A stretch of DNA of 64,000 nt from the human T2T-CHM13v2.0 reference genome, Homo sapiens, in the NCBI RefSeq assembly GCF_009914755.1, contig NC_060927.1; one strand, given 5' to 3'. A program made the position numbers and the translations under genes. The first letter of the stretch is position 1; every line of letters begins with the position of its first letter. Of the stretch, positions 18,901 to 33,269 are shown one piece after another. The notes beneath the pieces are model-generated. The model searched no databases. It worked only from the letters and a program-made list of their open reading frames with translations, and was not told where the DNA came from.

Positions 18901-20395
18901 CTAAGTTCTAAGGCCCCTTTCAAAGTTATGGCATTTTTTTCTGCTTCTTTTGAGAACAAATTCCTCTGGGGCTTACCTGATGCAGATACTGAACAAGCAA
19001 AGGAGAGAACAAAAGCTCAGGGACAAGCACAAGAGTGGGCTGCATGAGGAGTGAAAGTTGGAAGGACAGACTCAGCCACACATTTTTGGCTGAGATACTA
19101 TTTAAGTACTTCCGGTTAGGATTCTCTCAAGTTGGTTTTCTCTGCCCCATGTCATCCTCCTCTGTCTTAATAGTTGAGAATCTTGGAGGTGGGGAACTTG
19201 CAGTTACTCATCTGTTCTTCAGTTAAAATCTCTGTGATCTATCTTGTGATATTCCTTTCTAGTCACTAAGGGAGAAACCAGGGTCTTTGATTTTACATAG
19301 CTTTGAGAGGAGCTACAGCTTTAAATTGGAATGCTTTTCCAAAATTTAATAGCTGCCTGCCCTAAGGGGCAGAACTTCATGAAGGAATGATTTCTAGATT
19401 CTCATTGAAGACAACTGAAAATGGATGCACCCTGGATTCAGAGCAAGCACTGGAAGTGGCCCCCAGCCTCAGTTCTTCTCGGATCTGATGTTTAATGGGG
19501 AAGAGAAAGGGTGAGATGGAAGCTTTCCCTCGCCACTGAAAGGCCCATCTCATCCAGGGCCTGCAAGGATGCTGATTAATCATGATGAGTGAGTGGGGTG
19601 GAAATGCATGGCCCATGGGCCAAGGCGAGAAGCAAAGGTGGAACCAGTCCTGCCAGTGGATTCATTGGCAGAGCTTGGCCGGGAGGGCACTCTTCTGGAG
19701 AAAAGAGAAGAGGGAATGACAGGAAAAAAAAAAAAAAAGGCAGGAAGGCTCAGGAGTGAGAAAGCCAGCTGCCACCACACATCCACAGGCACTTCACAGA
19801 AGTGCCACTGACCTCATTCTAGAGTCTGAGTCTGACGGGACCCTGGGAATGAATACCTCTCAAGTCCACACTTGGGGCCATTCACAGAGTGGGCTGACAC
19901 TCCCATCAGTCACACAAGACCAGCACATTGTTAGCCCAGAACTTTCTCCGAAGCAGAAGAGAAAGGCAAATATCTCTTTAAGGTACTTTGCTTCTCCGAG
20001 CTGGAGCTTTGTTTAAACTCTCCAGCCGGGAAGTTGCAAGAAGCTCGTTTGCTTTTTAGTAGCTTTAGCCAGAGGTTAAGGCACTGTCCACAGATTGCTC
20101 TCAGGAGTAGAGGAGTCCTTAGTGGCTATCTCTGCTCACACCAGAAGCTTCCTTTCTCTCTGTCCTCTTCCCTTCCTGCCTGCCCGGCATCACTTCTGTC
20201 TTGCTTGGCCTCTTCCTGGTCAGCCCGCATGTTGGCTGCCTGCGAGCGGCTCTGCTCATCCCATTTGCGTGTTGCAAGGGAGAAGAGGAAGCGTCACTCT
20301 CTCCCTTTCTTTTCATGTCTTCTGATGCCCAGTTGCTCTTCCCGGACCAGAAATGGACGGCCCTACCCACTTATTTGCTTTGTTTCTGCCCCCAG

Positions 20396-20494
20396 GAACT
20401 TCTGCACTATTTAATCGGTACCCTGCTCCTCCTCATCGCCTCCATTGTGGCAGCTTCCAAGAGTTACAACCAGAGCGGACTGGTAGCCGGAGCG
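20396..20494 (+). CDS. CMTM7: CMTM7 coding exon 3
   Basis: Pyrimidine tract then cccag|GAA; donor GCG|gtgagg; 99 nt, phase 0-0. Translates [33 protein letters not shown]. Confidence 0.96.
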
Positions 20495-23333
20495 GTGAGG
20501 ATGTTTTGGGGAGCCTTTAGGAATGAATTCTTATTTAAAATGCTCATTTTCTTCCTGATGGGGGAAGAGAAGGGCTTGGTTTCTGGGGCATTCCCTTCAT
20601 AGAATCAATACCTACCTTGATCCAGCCATCAGCTCTCTCCAAAGAGCCTTAAGCAGAGGCGTACAGTCCCAGAAGGTGGATTGTCAGGGCTGCCAGCAAA
20701 TTCATAGACCCCAGCAGCCCAGGCCTCTCTCTCTTACAGGCACTACTGAAATCAGGGGGCCAGGCGGGTTTTAATTCACACACCCACTCTGATCATTTGC
20801 TCGTTGGCTGCCTCAGCACTATGCAGAGACAGATGCTGGAGCCTCTTTTGGGCCCAGTGGGAAATGTACTGTGATCAATTAGAGATACATGCCATGAGCC
20901 TGAGCTTTGCCATTCCTGATTTTTAACAGTATTCAGGCCAGGAAATAATACTCCTGTATCTTTCAGAGGCAAAAATTGATCCATCTGATAGCCATAAATA
21001 GAAGTAGATGGAAATATACAAAAATACAGTCCTGTGAGATATATACATACATATATATGTATATACATACAGATGTATATGCTATTTTTTTAAAGATTCA
21101 TAGATTCCTGTCATCTGATTTCTGATTTAGCTAACTATTTATAGTTCAGTGGCCTGTGGGCCAACACTGATTTGCTTCACTGATGAGCAGACAAGATTTT
21201 AAAAATGAGTTTTGAGAAAAGCTCTCTCAAGCCAGATGTGGTAGCTAGCATGCACCTGTAGTCCCAGGCACTCGGCAGGAATGCTTGTGCCCAGGAGTTC
21301 GGTCTGGCCTGGGCAACGTACTGAGACCCTGTGTCTTAAAAAAAGAAAAAGAGAAAAAGAAAAGCTCTCTCTGTATGTGACATTCATTGTCTTTCACTTA
21401 CGTATATTACCAAAATTTTCCAGACTTTGGCCTGGGAGTGGGTTGGCTCCTGGAATTCCACTGAGGGATGGAGTCTCTCCTCTGAAGGTCAGCATGGGGG
21501 CAGAAGGTCACTGTAGAGGGTGGCCAAACCTCCCAACACTGATGCTCCACATGGCCCTCCCACAGCCCACCATCACACCTCTCTGCCCCCTCTCTCTGCT
21601 GTCTCTGAAGAGAGGGATGGTTGCCCCCTGAAGCTTAACACCTGCCCAGCTACAGTGCAGGGTACTGGAAGAGGCACACAGGAGACCTGTGCCCACTGTG
21701 TTTCCGGGCCCACTTGAGGAGATTCCCACTGTGTTTAGTAATTCAGGTTGCACATAACTGTTTAGCCCTGGAATCTCTATAGCTAACATTCATCATATGC
21801 TGTCTGTGTGCCTAGGACCAAACCTGGGCTATGAGGAAGTTAGAAGAAATTTTTAAAATATGGTCCCTGCTTATAAGAAAGTGGTCATCTAGCTTAGGAG
21901 ACAAGACACATGAAACAATTAGTAAACAAGGCGTTGTAGTCTAGAATAGCATTCTGTAGCGATATAATAAACTGTTCAATTATGCAGTGCAGACAGTTGG
22001 GGACCGGGATGGTATATAACGTGCTAATTGTGCAGAACAGACAATGAGAGGCCGGGACAGGCTCTAATAGGCTAATTATGTGCTGTAGACAATTGGTACA
22101 AAAGGAGCCCAGGAAAAGAAACCCGGGGAAGAAGTGGATGTGGGCTGGTGGGGGCAGCTGTTTATGTAAAGCAGCATCTGGGCTTGAAAAGAAAACCAAA
22201 CCTTGTTGAAAATCCTACCCTTAGCTGCCCCTGCGCCATTCTCACTGGACACCAGTGGCGGTGTAGTGAAGTGGAGGCCTTTGTGTGGGTCTGAGAACAC
22301 CTAGGCACCCGGTACTGCAGAGTGCGGACTCTGGAGCCAGGCTCCCTGGGCTCCCATCCCATATCTGGCCCTTGCTGGCTCTGTGGCCTTCGGCAAAACA
22401 GATGACCGCCTGTACCTCTGTTTCTTTAGCTGTGAAATGGAGGAGCAGGGTGGGTAATCCTAGCACCCACCCAGCAGAGTTGTGAGGGTTAAAGGAATCA
22501 ATACACCCACAGGGCCTCACACCCTGGTAGGGATGTAGTAAAGTGGTCAGTAAGTTTTCACCACTGCAGCTGCCGGTGTTGTTCACAAGCAAGGAAAATG
22601 GCTGCAGGCTTCAAAGCCCAGAGATTCCAGAAGAAGCTACTGCCTCTTCCTCGACCATTTGATGAGCCTCCCACAGGCACTCTTCGTCTCCCAGCACCCG
22701 AATCTCATCTACAAGTGAGGGGGCTGGGCTAGGTCAGCCTTCCTCACACTTGAGCGCTGGATGACCCTGAGAAAGGGAAAGGGTGCTGCCTTGACTTAGT
22801 TGAGTCTAATATTGTTTAATATGTACAAACGTAAACCTAGATGTAAAGGCCTCGGCTTCTGGCTCTAATACGGCTATGAAGCCAGAATGGAACAGAAAGT
22901 CATTACAAATGAAATGCGAACAACGCCACTACACCACAAATCATGGGAACGTTCAGATTTTTTTAACCCAAATTAAAATTTCATCCTTTTCTTCTCTTTT
23001 GGTCCAGGATAATCAAAGTCCATTGGCTTAGCCCCAGCTTGCTTGTAAATGTAAACCCAGACCAGGCACTGAAGCTGCCAAGAGTGAAGACCGAGAGGCC
23101 TGGCTGCCAGCCCTGACCTGGCCCAACCTGGGGGACTGGGGCCAGTGGCTGGGCCTCGCGGGGCTTCCTCTCTGCACCTGATCCAGGATGAGGTGGTTGG
23201 GTTAGATGACTCTCCAAGCTCCTTTCTGGCCAGAGACATGAAGGGAACAAGCACAGAGATGAGAAGCAGACAGGATTGCCCGAGTAATTAGCCCTATGGC
23301 CTGTGAACTTCCTCTCCCCTCTCTCCACTGCAG

Positions 23334-23415
23334 ATCTTTGGTTTCATGGCCACCTTCCTCTGCATGGCAAGCATATGGCTGTCCTATAAGATCTCGTGTG
23401 TAACCCAGTCCACAG
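23334..23415 (+). CDS. CMTM7: CMTM7 coding exon 4
   Basis: ctctccactgcag|ATC; donor ACAG|gtgagt; 82 nt, phase 0-1. Translates [27 protein letters not shown] plus 1 nt. Confidence 0.95.
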
Positions 23416-23547
23416 GTGAGTTCTGGTTATCTGTGCACAGAGGATCTCTCAGGAACAGGGGGATGGCTTGTTCTTGACTTCAGCCATAGGGACAAACCCT
23501 GCTGTTGAGAAGGCTGTGTTCCAAGGGGACTTTAGAAGTAGTATTAG

Positions 23548-24235
<688 letters not shown>

Positions 24236-24529
24236 AAAAGCCATCTGTCATCACACTACCCAGAAGTAGCACTGAGTATCCTTTCGATATTTTCTCTCTC
24301 AAAATATATATATCTGTTGCTTTTATTAAAAGGATCAAACTTCATGTGCTGTTTCATAATATGTTTTTTCTCCTACTTAGCCACTGACCAAACATTTTCC
24401 CAACATCATTAGGAATTCTTAGCAACTCCGTGGGTTGCAGCATTAAGTCCATCGCATGACTGTGCAGTTTATTTAACTTGCCTCCTCTTTGAGGGCATTA
24501 CTCATGGAATCCTACACTGAGCCCATGTA

Positions 24530-24790
24530 GTGTAGGATTCCACTAATAAGAATCGTCTAGAGCAGGCAGATTCATAGAGACACAAGGTAGACCCATGGCG
24601 GCCTGGGGCTGCTGGGAGAGGACTCAGGTGTGACTGCTAATGAGGATGAGGCTTCTTTTTGAGGTGATGAAAAGGCTCTAAAATTGTGGTTGCACAGTCC
24701 TGTGAATATACTGAAAAACACTTTAGATGGGAGAATTGTATGGTATGTGAATTATTAAAATATCCCAGTAAAGCTGTTTAAGAAAAAAAA
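24530..24790 (+). mobile_element. L1MB/MC 3' end fragment
   Basis: gcagattcatagagacaca...gtgactgctaatg...tttttgaggtgatgaaaag...tgtgaatatactgaaaaac...taaagctgtt. Confidence 0.7.
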
Positions 24791-25178
24791 GAATGATTTT
24801 TAAACGTAGAGAATATAGGGGAAAAGAGAAGTTAATAGGTGGTGTCTAACAGGATAAATCTATAAATATTGGTATAAATTGGTTTTTTGAATTATGGAAG
24901 AATCACCAAAAGAAATGGCTAAAAGGCTTGGGAGGTTGCTGCTGAGGAGTAAGACTGAGGTCGGGGGAGTGCGGATGGGAGTCACCTCTGCACTACCGAA
25001 GTTTTTTCCTTGTTTGGAAATGTATTTTTAAAAAATGGAATAATCTCAGTGCAAGTCGGCACTGGGTGGAGGACACAGGTGCCCCCCTGAGCAGAACTTG
25101 GAGTCAAACCTGTGGAGTGTGGCTTGTGGGTGGGCCACATCCCTGGCAAGCTGTCCTGACTGCCATTTCCTTCCCAAG

Positions 25179-25192
25179 ATGCAGCCGTCTGA
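25179..25192 (+). CDS. CMTM7: CMTM7 terminal exon 5, coding part (DAAV-stop)
   Basis: tttccttcccaag|AT GCA GCC GTC TGA completes the phase-1 codon G+AT and gives the C-terminus ...TQSTDAAV*. Confidence 0.88.
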
Positions 25193-25780
25193 TGAGGCCA
25201 CAACCCCTAGGCCCCTCAGGAGCTTTGCAGAGAGGAGGACGTGTACTCCAGGCGAGGCCTCTGGACCTGTGTTCCTGTGCCAAAGTCCTGTCAGGCTGGT
25301 GGGCACCAGGAAAGGCCTGCACCCTCTTCCTGCTCTCCCAGGAAGCCAGCTCCCTGAGCTCCTGAGCCAGCCGGAAACTCTTCCTCCAGCCTTCCGGGGA
25401 GAACATCCCTCCCATTCTGGGAAAGGAAAGCAGCCTCCAGGGAAATGTTTTCTGCCTTCCTGCTTCTAGAACCACCTCAGGTACTGATGAACCCCACTTA
25501 GCACAGCTGAAGGGGTTTGTGAATACTCCCGCCTAAATCCGTTCTACTTCACTCCTCAGGGGAGTGAAGTGCCTTAAGAAACAAAGCCCTGTCCTAATTT
25601 ATCTAGCTTGTCAGTCCGGTCTTAGAGATACCCTCTTTCCTGAAGTGAGGCGTGCCTGTAGAAACACTATGTGGTCAGCCTGTCCCCAAGGAGATCTTGT
25701 GTCTCCTCTCCATCTCTGCCTTTGTTACCAGTGTGCATGTGTTTGTGTGTTTTTTAATAAAATATTGACTCGGCCAGTTG
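25193..25780 (+). other. CMTM7: CMTM7 3'UTR (approximate end)
   Basis: Unique non-repeat sequence from the stop codon to ~20 nt past the first AATAAA. Confidence 0.75.
25756..25761 (+). terminator. CMTM7 polyadenylation signal AATAAA
   Basis: Canonical hexamer preceded by a U/GU-rich stretch, 564 nt after the stop codon. Confidence 0.8.
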
Positions 25781-27959
25781 CACAAGGATTTCTTATTGAA
25801 CCAGATGAAGGCTGTAAAACCTGGCCTGAAACAGTTTCCATTCGAGCTTGTGTCTGGCCCATGGCCCTCCACCCGTGCTCTGTGTGTGCCCCTTGCTGAA
25901 CTGCTGGACTTCAGGTTTTCTCTCCATCTTGGGGGATAGTATAGCAGGGCAGAGTTTTAGGTAAACATGTGCAGGTTCTCAATTATATTCACGTCCTCCT
26001 TCTCCTGCAATACCAATCTTCTCATTTTGGAAAGAGCTTTAGAGCAAGCTAAGGGTTGTGTTTACACTATGATGATTAATGATCTCGGCCTAAATGTGCT
26101 GTTTCGCTGATCTTGAGCTGCTCAGTTGGCTAGAAAAAGGAGGGATGGAACAATGTTTGAGCAACCCCGTGTGCAAGGACCTACATTCACAACCACATCT
26201 AATAGCGATGGTAGTGACTGCAAGGGGGCAGGTTATAGGACCACATTTTTAGAAATGAAATCGGGGCTCCATCCCCAGGCACAGGGCAAGCCAGTGAGGA
26301 GCTGGGCTCAGGATCTAGGTCTGCCTGACTCCCAGCCCCATCCTTGCCTCTGCTGAGTGTTGCCGGAAATGGAAGCAGCCCCTGTGGGCTTTGAGCTGGA
26401 GCTCTGGGGCTACTCTTGTGGCTGCTGGCCAGCTCGGGGCATCGGGTTCTGTCTGGGATGATCTAAGGAAGCAGCACCCGTGGTGTATCTGGAGCCGAGT
26501 GCTGCTGATGGGAGGGGATCCTGTGTACCAGCTGGGCTGGAGCGGGAACACGGCTGAGCTGACCCTGGCACAGTCGGCTCCTCCAGGGCAATGGAATGGA
26601 GGAGTCTCAGCTGAGGAGGGCACGGTCCAGGTGAGGCATTGGGTCTGGGAGCCCCCTGCCTGTGTAGTGACAATGCAGGCCTCGCCAAGCAACGAGGATC
26701 CGGGTTTGACCATTTGAGCCTCCCCCTAGGAGGGCAAAGGTGGGTGGAGGACAGTTGGAGGAATAGTAGCAGGAGCCAGAGTCTGCTCAGTGAGGAAGGA
26801 AAGCAAAACGCAGAGCCAAGTGAGGCCTCCACAGACAGCGAGCAGTGGACCATGCAGCCAGTGGCTTGGCTGAGGGGTGGCTGTTTGAGACCACAGGGCC
26901 TTTTTAGAAACTGGGGTTTCTGTGACCTCCCAAAAACTGTCTGGTAAAACCATCCCTTCTAAATGGCCACATCTCCAGCACCAGGGAGTAAATGTTTAAG
27001 CAAAGAGCTAAGGATGGTGGAAAGACAGTCAGGCTGGGAGCCGCAGACGTGGGGTTGAGCCCAGCTCTGCCGTTGACTAGCCCCCGACTTGGCACGGGTC
27101 ATCTTGCTGAACCTTAGTTCCCCCTTTGTATAACGGAGAGAATAAGCCCATCCTGGCCTGTCTGTGACCTCCTTGGAATTCAGTAACAGAGCAGCGTGCT
27201 TACTTATCGTTATCTTTCTAATCTTAATCCCCAGAGAGGTACCAGAATGACAGGAAATGAGCAGGTTAATGTTGCAAAAGTGATCGAATCACCTGGGTGC
27301 AAGGGAGCTGGAGAACATAATTTACTTTCAGTTTCCTGGACCTTAAATTTTGTTAAAGTCAAGATTGGAAGCTGAGGGCAGTTTTCAGCCGGGCGCTGGG
27401 ACCCATGGTGGACAGAGGGCATGATGAAACACCTGTAGGGAACTGGGTGGGTGAACGCATCCCCAGCAGCCGGCTCTGAGCTGAGTCGTGGGGGTCCTCC
27501 CTGCCAGAGGCCCACTAACCTCGTCTAACCTGGTGAAGGGGACACTGGCTTTTCACTTTTGAAGTATGACAATGACCTTCAGATCCTCTGCTTCTCCAGT
27601 TCTTTTAGCCCCAGTGGCGCCCCAGCCACTCAGGTACGTTCTAGAAGCAGGGCCAGCACCTTTGAGCCCCAGTCATCTTGGCAACCTCTGCACACAGCTG
27701 GCTCTCCATTGGCAATTGAGGATGCTGTTGACAGTAGGGAGAAGGAGACCCTCTGGTTTCCCTATGGTGACTCACTCCTCCTGGACACAGCTTCAACCCT
27801 AGGGAGTGAATATCTAAGCCGGGGGGCAGTGCCATTCAGCTGCCCCATGGAGGACCAGCCCCTAAACCCAGGCATTAACTCATCACAGTGCAGCACGGCC
27901 TGGGGAAGCCGACCAGCCTTCCTCCAAGAAATTGAGATGCAATAGGTCTGAAATGAGAG

Positions 27960-28116
27960 CCAGGAATTCCTAAGCCTTGTCCACAAAGTGGATATCACCT
28001 GGCAGCTGGTTAGAATTGCAGGATCCCAGCCCCACAAAGACCAACTAAAATAGAATCATCTGCATCATAACCGAGTCCCAGTGGTGTGTGTGCATTGCAG
28101 TATTTGTGAGACACTG
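27960..28116. mobile_element. MER5-like DNA transposon remnant
   Basis: atcacctggcagctggttagaattgcaggatcccagcccc...tagaatcatctgcat...tttgtgagacactg. Confidence 0.55.
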
Positions 28117-28283
28117 TTGGAATCAAAGATGCTGTAAAGTGGGTGCAACTCTGAGGCTGATTTCACCAAAGGGGGAAGGAGATGAGAAATGGTGTCAGTT
28201 GGCGGGTTTCTGAAGCAAACCCTACTTCTCACTGGATCCACAGCTGCATTGGAAGAAAGATTCCTTTTAAGAAGTAGTTAATG

Positions 28284-28740
<457 letters not shown>

Positions 28741-29269
28741 TTTAAAAAGCACCTCCACTGCCTCCTGTCTTGGCATTTTCGAATTCCTGACCCTTCCCAT
28801 ATTCTGGCTTCAGCCCTCAGAGACCCTTGCCCCTCTGGGCACTGTGGGGACCCAGAGGCAGAGCAGAGGGTGTGGGGAACCTCATAGTCCCTGGATCCTG
28901 GGAGCTTTCGAGGAAGGCTGGCCAGAGCTCTGGGGCCTGGGGTGAGGCACATACAGCCACACTCTAGCCCCAGGGGACAGGTGAGAAAATAACGTGCTCC
29001 ACTCCCCTCCCACTGAGGCCAGATATCGCAGAGCTTTGTGAACTAGGAAGAGGGAGCTCACTGGAAGGAGGGTGACTGTACTCCTGCTGCCCCAGGGAGG
29101 AGCAGCTGCGGAAATGAAGGGGCTGCTTCATGCTACCTGGGGGAACCCCTGAGTTTCTGTGCCCCACTGGAGTTAAGAAGAGTAGAGTTTGAAGAAGATA
29201 CTGATCTCGAGATTTCCGTGTTTTGTACTGTTTGTACAATACGTAAAGCACTACTCAAAAGCAATACAG

Positions 29270-30270
<1,001 letters not shown>

Positions 30271-31874
30271 TCAATTCAGGACCTATGTCTAGGCACCTCA
30301 GTAGCTGAAAGAGCAAAAATTACACCAACCCAAAATGGCAACCCACAGCCCAACAGTGGCCACCCCATGTTCTAACAGCTAAGCATTATGGGTCCTGGAG
30401 AACACAGCTGTAGGGTATGTTTGTCTTCTCTAATCCAGGCTCTCTGGGAGCTGTTCAACCCAGGGGCCTTGTGGAACCCAAACTGTGTACCCACCACCCC
30501 TGCTCCCAGAGCAGTTACAGCCAGGTGGATCCAAGCAAAGATGTGAGAGGAGGGAAGGATGCACCCATGGGGGAGGAGCAGGGAGCCAGGGGAGCCATCC
30601 TGGCAACCTGAGGCCCCAGGAAAGGGTGTTGGCACCGGTGGCCGCAAGGGGCACTGGGAGATGAGGCCGACGGCCATCTGCTCACATCCCCCACCACAAC
30701 CAGCCCGTTCCCTGGCCTTGCTCTTGGGGAGGTAGGGAGGAAGGCTGAGGGGGGGTGCCATCCCTTGGGCACACCTCTGCCAGGTTTTCTCATTACCCAC
30801 AAGAGTGGCAGAAAACTGTTGCTCAGCCAGGCTCTGGAAGACTACAGCATCTGTGGGGTTTTCTGTAATAGGGAGGCCCGTGGCAATAGAACCCCCAATC
30901 TTTGAGGACAGTGTAGCGGGGAGACCGGAGGAGAAAGCCAAGTGGAAGGGAGATTAGTGATGGAGCCCGGTGAAGACGCCCAGGCCTGGCTGTCTTCTGG
31001 GCGTGGCCTAGGACCACCCCACTGCGGGCTGCTGGGATGACAGGGCAGGGCCAGAGCTGGATGTCTGCAGACGGACCCAGAGGGAGAACAAGTGTGTTCC
31101 TGAAGGAGGCCCCCTTAACCCCGGCCTGAGGCACCCCCTGTGCCACTGCCCTGTGCTGAGCTCAGCCTGGCTTCCAGCCAGGCCACTGAAGAGGCCCCAG
31201 GTAGGGGAAGACAGACCCAGAGCTGGCCCATTCTCTGGGCCACCCACCTGCAAGCCTCTACACTAGCATGAAAAGCAAACTTCTGTTGCCATGGAAACAC
31301 AGCAGGTCTTTGGGGCCCCTCCTCAGCAACCACCACTTCCCTCCTTTGTGGCAGTTTCTGAACTGCATCCTGTGAACTCTCAGAGGTGCTTCAGACTCAC
31401 AGATACCCGATTTTATGAGTAAAATATATGCAAACACTTAAAACACTCTCCAGCCTTCAATAGCAAACACGGACACTGGGAGCCCCTCGGCCTCCATGCC
31501 ATCTGCCCAGGGTAACTCAGCTCGTGCAGCCGCCGTCAGTGCAAGGCCACCCAGAGTGTGAAGCAAGCTGCTAAAAACCCCGCCACCACCTCACTGGGCA
31601 AGCCTGGGCTCCTCCATCCTGCGCAACCCAGACGCAGCAGCAGAACAAATCTGACCGTGAAGCTGCAGCTGCAGTTATCTCCTTACTTATCCAAATTGTG
31701 GGCTTTCCAAATTAATCCCATTGTTCCTATGCACTGACTTTATAATAAGTAAATGTTATCAATGTAAATTAGTCATTGATATTCATACCATATTTCCCAT
31801 TTGACATAATGGAGTTTCATGCATAATTTAGATTGAAAAGGGGGATTTCTCTCGTGAAAAAAAAGTGTGGAAAC

Positions 31875-32306
31875 TTTCATGAGTGTCCGTGTGAAGAGAC
31901 CACCAAACAGGCTTTGTGTGAGCAATAAAGCTTTTAATCACCTGAGTGCAGGCGGGCTGAGTCCGAAAAGAGTCAGCAAAGGGAGATAGGGGTGGGGCCG
32001 TTTTATAAGATTTGGGTAGGTAAAGGAAAATTACAGTCAAAGGGGGGTTGTTCTCTGATGGGCAGGAGTGGGGGTCACAAGGTGCTCAGTAGGGGAGCTT
32101 TTGAGCCAGGATGAGCCAGGAGAAGGAATTTCTCAAGATAATGTCATCAGTTAAGGCAGGAACAGGCCGTTTTCACTTTTGCGGTGGAATGTCATCAGTT
32201 AAGGCAGGAACAGGCCATTTTCACTTTTGTGGTGGAATGTCATCAGTTAAGGCAGGAACTGGCCATCTGGGATATGATGGCTTAGCTTGGGCTCAGAGGC
32301 CTGACA
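31875..32306 (-). mobile_element. HERV-H 3' LTR (LTR7 family), 432 bp
   Basis: Homologous to the 5' LTR; preceded by the polypurine tract AAGAAGACAGGAA (32307-32319); ATTAAA at 31933-31938. Confidence 0.95.
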
Positions 32307-33269
32307 TTCCTGTCTTCTTATATTAATAAGAAAAATAAAACGAAATAGTGGTAAAGTGTTGGGATGGCGAAAATTTTGGGGGATGGTATGGAGAGATAAT
32401 GGGCTGCTTCGAGCGGGATTAGGGGTGGTGTGGGGACCTAGAGTGGGAGAGATTAAGCTGAAGGAAGATTTTGTGGTAAGGGGCGATATTGTGGGACTGT
32501 TAGAAGAAACATTTGTCATTTAGAATTATTGGTGATGGCCTGGATACAGTTTTGTATGAATTGGAAAACTAAACAGAATAAGAGAAGGAGAAAAACAGGT
32601 ATTAAAGGTCTAAGAATTGGGAGGACCTAGGACATTTAATTAGAGAGTGCCTAAAGAGATTCAGCATAGTCCTGCCAGCAAAGATTATTTATTTACTTTA
32701 AGAGTTAAGAGTGGCAGTTTGGGGATAGCACCAGGAGATATCAGCTGTGATGGCTTGGAGAAACAGTGTAAACTGGCAGTGTAAACAAGAGCAGGGCATG
32801 TATGAGTAGTTGAGAACGGTGAATAGGAGTATGACTAGACAGAACATAGTAGGGATGACAAGTTTTTTGGGGCACAGTCTAAGTTGGTCTGGTGTCTGGA
32901 ATGAGACTGGGGCCTAATAAAAAGGAGCGTCTAAACAGGAGCTTAAATGGGCTGTACTTTGTAGCATTCCGAGGACAAGCCTGAATTCTGAGAAGGGAAA
33001 GTGGTAAAAGTATGGTCTAGTCTTTTTTAAGTTGGTGGCTGAGCTTGGTGAGGTGTGTTTTTAAAAGACCTTTAGTCCGTTTACCTTTCCTGAAGACTGA
33101 GGACTGTAAGGGAGATAAAGGTTTCACTGAATACTAAGAGCCTGAAAAAATGCTTGGCTGATTTGACTAATAAAGGCCGGTCTGCTATCGGACTGTATAG
33201 AGGTGGGAAGGCTAAACCAAGGAATTATGTCTGACAGAAAGGAAGAAATGACCGCAGTGGCCTTCTCAG

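Noticed and set aside
30372-31336. Overlapping ORFs up to 189 aa in GC-rich intergenic DNA
   Set aside because: No recognisable domain, codon pattern or exon structure; expected by chance at this GC content.
32141-32260. Regularly spaced repeats resembling a CRISPR array
   Set aside because: The 'spacers' are near-identical to each other; these are LTR7 U3 tandem repeats in a eukaryotic genome with no cas genes.
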